Positions 14,990 to 23,170 of a DNA stretch of 26,417 nucleotides are shown piece after piece. The position numbers were made by a program, and so were the translations under genes. The notes under the pieces were generated by a model. That model was given only the letters and a program-made list of their open reading frames with translations, was not told the origin of the DNA and searched no databases. Every line of letters starts with the position of its first letter. The first letter of the stretch is position 1. Source of the DNA: a virus (taxonomy: Duplodnaviria; Caudoviricetes); IMG/VR virus record IMGVR_UViG_3300046450_001015, positions 1-26,417 of that record. One strand, given 5' to 3'.

Positions 14990-17900
14990 TATTTCAGTAC
15001 AGTTTCGTCAATTTTGTGCATTTCAGATAGAATCTTCTTTACCAGATCTTTAACCAAGTATATCTTATCCTGCCAGTAATCTTCATCCATTGGATCCAAG
15101 AGTTCTTTTTCTATGGAGTTGTCAAGCGCGGCATTCCAAGAATATAGAGCGTTTTCAAAATCCTTTTTAAGTCCTTTGATTGTGGTAGAGTCATTTCTAA
15201 GTGACTTGATGAATTTAACAGTTTCTTGGCGCTGGAGTCGGGTTCCAAAAAGTTCACCATTCATCGCTTTTTCAAATCTTCGGGTTTCCTCAAGAATCTT
15301 TCTTACAAGAGATTGATTGATTTCCCCCAATTTCCCCAATGTTCTAACGGGATTTTGTTTGGCAACATTACCCTTTTTCATATTTTTGCCTAGAAATGTG
15401 TCCATGAAACCTTCTGGAAGACCAGATTCGTTCATTTTCAACCATTCTGGATCTGTTCTCTTTTTAGCGGGAAAACCTATCTTTGCCATCTGACCGATTC
15501 CCTTAACATTATATCCAGAAGCCCACATATAGTCACTCAGTCTAAATCCTACTTCTTCCCAAAGATCATAAAGTTTTTCTGCTGAACGTGCATACTTTTT
15601 ATTATCATCTTCAGAGTCGTCATCTAAATCAGCTTCTATAGATGACCACCAATCATTCAATGCTACGTACATACCCTTTGGAGTCATTTTTTCAAGCGGA
15701 AGTTTGCGAAATGACATCAATCTTCCAAGATTGCCACCCAATGGTCGCACTTTTTGCATTAAGTCATCTATCAATCTTAATTTTCTATCTATTTCTGTAG
15801 ATAATTTAACTTGTTCTGGATTTTTAGATTTTTTAGATTTTTTCTTATCAACATTACCCTTTTTCATATTTCTGCCTAGAAATGTGTCCATGAAACCTTC
15901 GGGGAGAACAGATTCTTTATGCACAGAAAAGTTTGCACCGTCTTTTTTAGGAAATGGCTGACTATCTAAATGTTTTGACAAACTATCAGATCCTTCAGAT
16001 GCCATGTCACCTTTAAGGAGCCGGTGTTTTGTTTTTACTAGATAGTAAGAATCTGGCGCATTTTTATGATTTTTCCATCTCATTCCATCAGCCTTTGTCT
16101 GAAAGTGAGTTAAAACCTCGTGATCATAATCAAATGCGATAAAGTTTTCATCAAGTTCTACAGATTCATCCATTTTTTTCTTAGCGTCCTTAACAGATTT
16201 TCTCACAAGTGGTTCCACAGAAGAAATGAAATCATTCCAACTAATTCCACTTTTTTCAAACTCATCCTTAATCATTTTTTTCAAGGTCTGCATCTGTTTT
16301 TTATCTGGGCCATCTTTTGTATTTGTAATACTTTTTGAATAATTGATAATATCTTTGTTTTTCCCAATCATTTCTAAAGCTTCTGGATACTTTTTCTGCA
16401 TAGTCTTGAGAGTTGCCTTATCACTGATTAAATCTAAAATACTATTTTCTCTGCGAGGTCGGGCAGTCCAACCAGCGGACTTTTTCCTACTGGCACCTAT
16501 TTCTCCGCCGATAATTGCACCCATTAATGTCGTTGCAGCAACTTTTATAAGTGTAGAGGCAATAAATCCTAGTCCAATTGTGCCGAATACTTCATCAAGT
16601 TCTACGAAACCTTCGGGGAGAACAGATTCGTTCATTTTCAACCATTCTGGATCTGTTCTCTTTTTAGCGGGAAAACCTATCTTTGCCATCTGGCCGATTC
16701 CCTTAACATTATATCCAGAAGCCCACATATAGTCACTTAGTTTAAATCCAACTTCTTCCCAAAGTTGATAAAGGTCTTCCACTGAACGTTGATACTTTTT
16801 CTTTAAATCGACACTATCATCACCATAGTCTAATTCATCTTCTACAGAATGATACCAATCGTTCAATGCTACGTACATACCCTTTGGAGTCATTTTTGCC
16901 ATCGGAAGTCTGCGAAATGACATCAATCCTCCAAGATTGCCACCCAATGGTCGCACTTTTTGCATTAAGTCATCAACTAATTTCAATTTTCTATCTATTT
17001 CTGCAGCTACTTTAACTTGTTCTGCATTTTCAGATTTTGACTTTTTAATTTTCTTATCAACATTACCCTTTTTCATATTTCTGCCTAGAAATGTGTCCAT
17101 GAAACCTTCGGGGAGAACAGATTCTTTCATTGCGTTCATTGATTCTGAAAATGCTTTATCAAATTCACTACCTTTTTTAGTATTATATTTTTTCAGTTTT
17201 TCTTTTCCATAGTAATCTTTAAAAGGTCCAATTCCTAAATTTAAAATGATACCCATCCAATCTTCGCTCCATAGACTACTGTGTCCCTTTTCGTCTGTCA
17301 TTCGCTGTTGCCAAAAATCCGCCCAATCCTCTACCTTTGCCCAAGACACCACACCATTCTTTTTGGCATGTTTGTTAAACATTTCATCTTCTCGTTTTTG
17401 AGTGATAGGGTTTTCAGCACTGCGTGGCTGTTGATAAAGTTCTAAATTTGCGTCATAGTAAATTTTATTATATAAATTTGGCGTTATTTTTTCGGTGCCT
17501 TTAGGAAAAAATTTTCTACCGCCGACCACCGACTTAGCCATTGGGCGCCGTTTTTTGGGGAGAAGGCCTTTCATCATTGATAGGACAGATTCATCAACAG
17601 ATTCTCGAATACCACCCTTTGGCATATTTCTCATTTTCTGAGATTCAATCCAACCCTTTGCCTTTGGGTCCGTAGGGGCGCGCCGAATCCACTTTTCAAG
17701 TTTTTTGTGTACAACTTTGCATCCCGAATGCCAATCAGCACCATTCGAATTATCAATAACATACATGTTGGATTTTCCAAAAATACTTTCATATTTTTTC
17801 AAATTCTTTTGAACGTTGTTCCACATTTCGGAAACTTTATCTGCACCGATAGTTCTAGATCTGTTTTGATCTCTATCAATCGCCGTCTGCAAATCTGTAT

Positions 17901-18411
17901 TGACATATATCATTGCACATTCATATCCAACCTTGTCCAATAACGCCTTCTGTCCCTGCACCTTACTAACATTTGATCCGGTGCCGTCGATAATCACACC
18001 CAAACGGCCGGTCACATATAGAGACTTTTGTTTTGCAGTAATATCGGTTGCTCTAACTCTGATTTCTTGACCTTTGTCAGACCAAATGTCAGCGGAGTTT
18101 TTAGGGTCTAAACCGGCAGCTTTCAAAAGTTTTTCATATGCAGGGTCCGGATTGACTACTCGCATCCCAATATTGATAAGTCCTAACTGTCCGCCGCCCA
18201 TAAAAATTCTGGGATCGCCGCCCACAGTCGGTGACAGAGTTTTGCTGGCTGGACTTTGTTCAGTACCAATAAACGATTTTCCGGAGCCCGGACCACCGGC
18301 AAGAAACACTGCCTTAAAAATTGCAGTGTCGTTAATACCTTCCAAAAGATAATCAGCGACAATATCGCCTACCACAACTTCTTCGTAAAATTTCCTAATT
18401 GACTTATCCAT
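14989..18411 (-). CDS. Mosaic polyprotein-like protein: N-terminal P-loop kinase (PNK/AAA_33/zeta-like) plus repeated modules
   Basis: LAGGPGSGKS, VNPD, VIIDGT, lid-like AIDRDQNRSR; then modules bounded by ESVLPEGF/ESVELDE. Start placed at ATG 18411 (TAATG overlap) rather than 18423. Confidence 0.78.
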   Translation of the reverse strand: MDKSIRKFYEEVVVGDIVADYLLEGINDTAIFKAVFLAGGPGSGKSFIGTEQSPASKTLSPTVGGDPRIFMGGGQLGLINIGMRVVNPDPAYEKLLKAAGLDPKNSADIWSDKGQEIRVRATDITAKQKSLYVTGRLGVIIDGTGSNVSKVQGQKALLDKVGYECAMIYVNTDLQTAIDRDQNRSRTIGADKVSEMWNNVQKNLKKYESIFGKSNMYVIDNSNGADWHSGCKVVHKKLEKWIRRAPTDPKAKGWIESQKMRNMPKGGIRESVDESVLSMMKGLLPKKRRPMAKSVVGGRKFFPKGTEKITPNLYNKIYYDANLELYQQPRSAENPITQKREDEMFNKHAKKNGVVSWAKVEDWADFWQQRMTDEKGHSSLWSEDWMGIILNLGIGPFKDYYGKEKLKKYNTKKGSEFDKAFSESMNAMKESVLPEGFMDTFLGRNMKKGNVDKKIKKSKSENAEQVKVAAEIDRKLKLVDDLMQKVRPLGGNLGGLMSFRRLPMAKMTPKGMYVALNDWYHSVEDELDYGDDSVDLKKKYQRSVEDLYQLWEEVGFKLSDYMWASGYNVKGIGQMAKIGFPAKKRTDPEWLKMNESVLPEGFVELDEVFGTIGLGFIASTLIKVAATTLMGAIIGGEIGASRKKSAGWTARPRRENSILDLISDKATLKTMQKKYPEALEMIGKNKDIINYSKSITNTKDGPDKKQMQTLKKMIKDEFEKSGISWNDFISSVEPLVRKSVKDAKKKMDESVELDENFIAFDYDHEVLTHFQTKADGMRWKNHKNAPDSYYLVKTKHRLLKGDMASEGSDSLSKHLDSQPFPKKDGANFSVHKESVLPEGFMDTFLGRNMKKGNVDKKKSKKSKNPEQVKLSTEIDRKLRLIDDLMQKVRPLGGNLGRLMSFRKLPLEKMTPKGMYVALNDWWSSIEADLDDDSEDDNKKYARSAEKLYDLWEEVGFRLSDYMWASGYNVKGIGQMAKIGFPAKKRTDPEWLKMNESGLPEGFMDTFLGKNMKKGNVAKQNPVRTLGKLGEINQSLVRKILEETRRFEKAMNGELFGTRLQRQETVKFIKSLRNDSTTIKGLKKDFENALYSWNAALDNSIEKELLDPMDEDYWQDKIYLVKDLVKKILSEMHKIDETVLK
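15406..15918. repeat. Intragenic direct repeat, copy 2 (~0.5 kb)
   Basis: Encodes KESVLPEGFMDTFLGRNMKKGNVDKK...FPAKKRTDPEWLKMNES.LPEGF; closely matches 16606-17127 with substitutions and small indels. A third short copy of the start lies at ~15363-15429. Confidence 0.92.
16606..17127. repeat. Intragenic direct repeat, copy 1 (~0.5 kb)
   Basis: Same module as 15406-15918, evident at DNA and protein level. Confidence 0.92.
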
Positions 18412-19667
18412 TACTTGTCCCATGCCTTTGCTGCGTTGAAATTATTATAACTGAATTCCATGCGATCTACTAATTTTATAGCGTTTGTACCACTATGGTC
18501 GATCGCAACATACCCTTCTGGACTCGATACTTTATAACCGTTGTCAACTTTTACAAAAATATCAGTCATTTGTCTGATACTATTTAGTTTATTTACGATT
18601 AGAGATTTTGCGGATATAAGCTCTTCCATGAAGTCAACTATCGCATATGCAACCGAATCTAGTTTGAGCAACTTTGCCACTAATTCGTCACGAAGTGCTG
18701 CTTTCGCTGCTCTCGACTTTTCGGTTTTCAATTTCATTATTACTTTCTCATCAAAGTATTTTTTGACATACATCGAATAATCAAGATTCTTCATATTTTT
18801 AGTAGAGATATTCTGTCCCTCACGAATATAACTGTTTAGATATGTCTTAAAACTCGCACCTGCCAAACCCTTAGACAGAGTTCCATTTTGCAAATCTAAA
18901 AACGCCTTCAAATCTCCAGCCTTAATTTTTTTGAATTTTCTACCAACATTGGACAAGATGCCGTTCAAAGCGGTTGTCTCGCTGGTAGTAAATTTTGCAC
19001 TACCGGAAACATCTTTATATGTCGCATCGTCCATCCAGACAGACGGAATATTTTTCATTCCAGAAATATTTGCACCAAACGAGGCAGACATTGACTGTAA
19101 GTCTTTACCCTTATAGGTAGTATGCCACACAACACCGATTTTTGCAGCTGATATTGTTTTACCAAGTTTTGACGATCTTTCCACTGCATAAATCAATGTA
19201 TTTGGTTGAAATGTAACATAGTCCTTACCACCCAAAGTTTTGTTTTCAGTGTCATTCGTGAACATTAAATCACCTTGCAACACACCTCTGATACCTAGTT
19301 TAGAAAATTCTGTAAAGGAAATTTTAAATTTGTCCTTTAGGGTGGGATTCAACTTTGTGTCTGCATCTATCTCTGCAATAGATTTATACAACAGCGGAAC
19401 TGCATTAAATACAGACTTTTTAGCAATGAAAAATTTACCATCAGAAGGATCAATTCCCGCGAATATCGCCGGGGCACCGTCCCACTTGACAGTCATATTA
19501 ACCTTGGCTGCGGAATCGCCCATCAACATATCCCGCAATGACAATAAGAAGTTTATCGCACCGCGGCCGCCGTTGACTCCGCCGTTCAATATTTCATCTT
19601 CTAAATGTTCTAAGTGTAGGTTTTTGCCGCCCTTAGACTCTTTCAAAAACCTTCCAAAACTACGCAT
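18411..19667 (-). CDS. Conserved T4-like phage protein (DUF6267-like), putative ATP-dependent ligase-fold nucleotidyltransferase
   Basis: Leader MRSFGRFLKE; HLEHLED; TVKWDGAPA (motif I-like), VLQGDLM (III-like), PEGYVA (IV-like), IKLVDR (V-like); AGGAG SD. Confidence 0.68.
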   Translation of the reverse strand: MRSFGRFLKESKGGKNLHLEHLEDEILNGGVNGGRGAINFLLSLRDMLMGDSAAKVNMTVKWDGAPAIFAGIDPSDGKFFIAKKSVFNAVPLLYKSIAEIDADTKLNPTLKDKFKISFTEFSKLGIRGVLQGDLMFTNDTENKTLGGKDYVTFQPNTLIYAVERSSKLGKTISAAKIGVVWHTTYKGKDLQSMSASFGANISGMKNIPSVWMDDATYKDVSGSAKFTTSETTALNGILSNVGRKFKKIKAGDLKAFLDLQNGTLSKGLAGASFKTYLNSYIREGQNISTKNMKNLDYSMYVKKYFDEKVIMKLKTEKSRAAKAALRDELVAKLLKLDSVAYAIVDFMEELISAKSLIVNKLNSIRQMTDIFVKVDNGYKVSSPEGYVAIDHSGTNAIKLVDRMEFSYNNFNAAKAWDK

Positions 19668-19695
19668 ACTTTATTTCTCCTATGTTTGTACTATA

Positions 19696-19703
19696 TATTT
19701 ATG
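19696..19703 (-). promoter_or_regulatory. Possible late promoter variant CATAAATA
   Basis: 7/8 match to TATAAATA, overlapping the upstream stop codon, about 30 nt before ATG 19667. Confidence 0.45.
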
Positions 19704-21030
19704 ATAATTTTGCAAAAGGGCCAAATAAATCGCCCTTCTTTTGAGACATAAAAAACAAGTCTCTAATAAATTCTTTTCTTCTTTTTTCAGACATATTGGC
19801 GATAATATAGGCGAATGTTACAATTTGCGAAATTGTTGTAGTGTCCTTCGTTCTGCCCGTAGTCCAAGATTGTTCGAGTTGAGAGACAAAAAGTTTCAAA
19901 TCACCTTTAACAGTGAATAGTGATTTTTTTGCCATTATAACCTTTAATTTTTTTTCAAAATCTTTTTTATCGAATTTCATGAAGTGAGTATGCTCTGGCA
20001 TAAGTTGTTTGTCTTTTTTTAGCTCGATTTTGAGCATATCTTTAGGCACTTTTCCCAAAAATGCGGCCGCACCTGTGGCAACAAATTCATATGTAATATT
20101 ACCAATATGGCCAGTATTGCTTTTCACACCCATCTTGTAAAGTTTGTTATCGTATTTTACTTCGAGTTGACTCGTGAGAGAGTTAAAAGTTTTTGAATTG
20201 TGGCCATATGGAATATTTAAAATAAATGTTGAATAAGACACTTCTAAATCTTTTGTGGTATTGGTTAAATTTACCAAATCATAACTTAATTTTTTGCCGT
20301 TATTCTTTTTCAATGAAATTCCGACAATATCCATTTCTTTATATGCCACTCTACATATCGCGTTACATTCTTGTATACTGATTGCATTTATTAATAGTTT
20401 TTTATAATGTGAGAGCTTTGATGATTTTATCAACCATATGTCTGCCGGATTCCAAGAATCTTTTTTTGTGATTTCATAATTATCATTTATGTGTTTTGTT
20501 ATCCAATCCATGAACCCACCATCACGATTATACACGCTAAAATGATTATTGGGGAGTTTGGTTTCTTTTTCTATTTGATAAAATTGTAACTCAAAAGAAT
20601 TATACCAACTTTTTTCTGCGATCATGTTTGGATATATTTCTAAAAGTTCCGGCAGTAGTTGCTCAAATTTTTTATAATTTTTAGTCTTGCTGGATAACAA
20701 TTCTTCAAATATTTTGAGAGTAACCAACTCCTGTTGTTGAGTTGTCGGCGCAGTACTATTAGGATTTGAACCATTACCGAATCCTAACGCTAGATTAGGA
20801 TATAGTTTTTTATATGCCAATAAGTCGACGGTCAGTTTAAAATCGTTCAGAATTTTTGCCTGTCCGAATTTTGTACCTTGGGCAGTTTCCAATGTTATAA
20901 ATTCGTCAAAGTCATCGCCATAAGTCGCCTGCATTGTTTCAAACAAAGCGACTGCGGAGCTTTCTCTTTTTGTAATCAATCCAAGATCTTTGATTTCTTG
21001 GATTGATTTTGGTCGATAGTTATATGGCAC
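19699..21030 (-). CDS. Hypothetical protein, possible PD-(D/E)xK-like nuclease
   Basis: 443 aa, GTG start; TQQQE helix, KDSWNPADIWL, IVGISLKK. Confidence 0.6.
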   Translation of the reverse strand: MPYNYRPKSIQEIKDLGLITKRESSAVALFETMQATYGDDFDEFITLETAQGTKFGQAKILNDFKLTVDLLAYKKLYPNLALGFGNGSNPNSTAPTTQQQELVTLKIFEELLSSKTKNYKKFEQLLPELLEIYPNMIAEKSWYNSFELQFYQIEKETKLPNNHFSVYNRDGGFMDWITKHINDNYEITKKDSWNPADIWLIKSSKLSHYKKLLINAISIQECNAICRVAYKEMDIVGISLKKNNGKKLSYDLVNLTNTTKDLEVSYSTFILNIPYGHNSKTFNSLTSQLEVKYDNKLYKMGVKSNTGHIGNITYEFVATGAAAFLGKVPKDMLKIELKKDKQLMPEHTHFMKFDKKDFEKKLKVIMAKKSLFTVKGDLKLFVSQLEQSWTTGRTKDTTTISQIVTFAYIIANMSEKRRKEFIRDLFFMSQKKGDLFGPFAKLS

Positions 21031-21062
21031 AAAAAAACCTTTTTTATAGTGTTAATATCGAC

Positions 21063-21070
21063 TATTTATA
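21063..21070 (-). promoter_or_regulatory. T4-type late promoter TATAAATA heading the island
   Basis: Exact consensus in the intergenic gap, 33 nt upstream of the start at 21030. Confidence 0.8.
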
Positions 21071-21077
21071 AAAAATT

Positions 21078-21785
21078 TTACATATAGTGTAAATAGGTTC
21101 CTACAATATACTTATCATCTGATATCGCGGGTTGGGCCTGATGTGGGTGCGTCCAGAAAGGCGGGAAGATTGCCAATCGGCCGCGCTGCGGTTCGATACT
21201 GGTGTTGTAGTCTGGAAAGACTGTCTCGCCACCCTCTTCTACTGAGTTAAGATAAAAGAAACAGACCAAGAAACGGCGAGCTGAGGCGTAGTCGCCGACA
21301 TCTGCATGATATTTGAAATCATCTTCAGTTCCTTTAAAATATTTTTTCATACGCACTTCTTCGTTATGACACTGATTTGGAAAAAATGAAATATTATTAT
21401 GTTGACGATAACTTTCCACATATTCCGAAACTTTACTCAACAACAACATCGAAAGTTCTTCGAATCTTTTGCTCTTTTCCTGAAGAGCAGGATCAAAAAA
21501 ATTCAATTCAGTAAAACTTCTATATTCTGCATGTTCCGTTTTTTTGTGGTGATCGGATGCATCCTCAAATTCTGCAATAAGGTTTTCACATTCAGCGGCA
21601 GTCAGCACATTATCCCATACCGAAATAAATGCCCGATTTCCATCAGGTGGATTGACCTTGAAAGTTTCTTGGTCAATTTCAAAGTTATGAACCTCCTCAC
21701 TTTCACCGGCGGTTGCGGTACTTATTTTTTCTTGCAGTGCGTTAAGAGCAGATGCATCAATCATTGGCGTTTCTTTTTCTGTCAT
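21078..21785 (-). CDS. 2OG-Fe(II) oxygenase superfamily protein
   Basis: HxD (YHADV), RFLVCFFYLN, EGGETVF, FPPFWTHPH, KYIV. Confidence 0.92.
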   Translation of the reverse strand: MTEKETPMIDASALNALQEKISTATAGESEEVHNFEIDQETFKVNPPDGNRAFISVWDNVLTAAECENLIAEFEDASDHHKKTEHAEYRSFTELNFFDPALQEKSKRFEELSMLLLSKVSEYVESYRQHNNISFFPNQCHNEEVRMKKYFKGTEDDFKYHADVGDYASARRFLVCFFYLNSVEEGGETVFPDYNTSIEPQRGRLAIFPPFWTHPHQAQPAISDDKYIVGTYLHYM

Positions 21786-23170
21786 ATTGTAATCTCCACG
21801 TTTCCTATTTTTTTACTTGGTTTATTTTTAGAGAAACTTTCCTTAAAGCTGCTCTCTTTAGTATCTTGTATCAATTCATCTTGAGCGTCATCTTCTACGT
21901 CATACAAACGCATCTTGGGCCTGTCCACACCCACAACAAATCTTTTATGTTCATTCGGATCGTTATAACGATTCTTGAGTTGTTTAATAAGAATTTGTCC
22001 CATTTCTTCCAATTCTTCGGTTGCAATCAATGCAAACATTAAATCCGCAGTCGCTGGCAATCCAAACGACTCCGAAGTATCAGTCAAATCAACGTCACTG
22101 TTACCGTACCCGCTGCGGGTCGTCTGTGTGGCGGTAACAATCGGAACGTTGTTTTCGACTGCGAGGCCTCGTAGTTCTTCAGCAATAGATTTTATCAGTG
22201 TGTATGAATTTGCACCTGAGCCAGCCTTTACCCTAGATGACGAACATATATTTAGATAATCAATATAGATGATTTTTGGACGAAAATTCTTTTTGAGAGA
22301 CAGTTCATTCAATAGGTGTCTAAAATGATTTGCGTTTGCCACAGCTGTAGGATATTCTTTAATAATCAACTTGCCGGTAGTCTTACTCTTCAACTTATCA
22401 ATTTTCTTATCAAACGTACTTCTTGCCATACTGGCAACATCTCCAATAGAAGTATTCAACAGATTTGCATCAATTCTTTCTGCAATCTTTTCTTCAGACA
22501 TTTCAGCAGTAATATAAAGAACGTCAAATCCCATTAACAAATGGTTCGCCGCGCAATCGCACATAAATAATGATTTCCCGACACCAGTACCCGCGAGGGC
22601 AACATTCAATGTCTTTTTGGGTAGACCACCTTTTGTAATACGATTCAACATATCCAAATGGAAAGGTATCTTTTCTTCTACCCGCTGATAGAATTCAAAC
22701 CGCGATTCCCAATCTTCAATAAAATCGTGACCGATATTACTATCAAATGACACTGCAAGGGCCTCCGCCAAAATCTTAGGCATTTCACCTTTTTCAGGCG
22801 AATCGTCATTAATAATCGTGATAGACTTCATAACCGCATTATATATCGCACGATCTTGACACCACTTTTCAGTCGCATCTAATTGCCATGCGCTGTTTTT
22901 ATGTTCTTCTTTTTGATTATGAAGATACACAATCATATCTTTACATTCAGTGAAAATATTTTCTGAAACATTTTTGTTGTCCAGAGATATCATCAACGAA
23001 TCCTTTGTTGGAAGATCGTTATATTTTTCTATATGAGACTGCATCAAATCGTATACAATCTTATTCGATTCACTCTGAAAATAATCTCTTTCAATAAACG
23101 GAAGGGCCTTTCTAACATAGGCCTCGTCCGCAAAAAGACAATTCATTACTACTTGTTCAGTCAGTTCCAT
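21782..23170 (-). CDS. 41: T4-like replicative DNA helicase (gp41)
   Basis: Walker A LAGTGVGKS, IIKEYPT, IYIDYLNIC, AEELRGLA, TATQTTR, SESFGLPATAD, KQLKNRY. Confidence 0.97.
   Translation of the reverse strand: MELTEQVVMNCLFADEAYVRKALPFIERDYFQSESNKIVYDLMQSHIEKYNDLPTKDSLMISLDNKNVSENIFTECKDMIVYLHNQKEEHKNSAWQLDATEKWCQDRAIYNAVMKSITIINDDSPEKGEMPKILAEALAVSFDSNIGHDFIEDWESRFEFYQRVEEKIPFHLDMLNRITKGGLPKKTLNVALAGTGVGKSLFMCDCAANHLLMGFDVLYITAEMSEEKIAERIDANLLNTSIGDVASMARSTFDKKIDKLKSKTTGKLIIKEYPTAVANANHFRHLLNELSLKKNFRPKIIYIDYLNICSSSRVKAGSGANSYTLIKSIAEELRGLAVENNVPIVTATQTTRSGYGNSDVDLTDTSESFGLPATADLMFALIATEELEEMGQILIKQLKNRYNDPNEHKRFVVGVDRPKMRLYDVEDDAQDELIQDTKESSFKESFSKNKPSKKIGNVEITI

Noticed and set aside
15406-17127. 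0.5-kb repeat as a DGR template/variable pair or an assembly artefact
   Set aside because: No reverse transcriptase in the window, differences are not adenine-specific and include in-frame indels; the divergence argues against a simple assembly duplication.
18412-18423. ORF-track start MGQV for the 1144-aa protein
   Set aside because: It lies inside the upstream gene; the ATG at 18411 gives the TAATG coupling seen elsewhere in the operon.
21036-21077. AT-rich imperfect inverted repeat around the late promoter (terminator or RBS-occluding hairpin)
   Set aside because: The stem is short, bulged and almost all A-U; not supportable without folding calculations.
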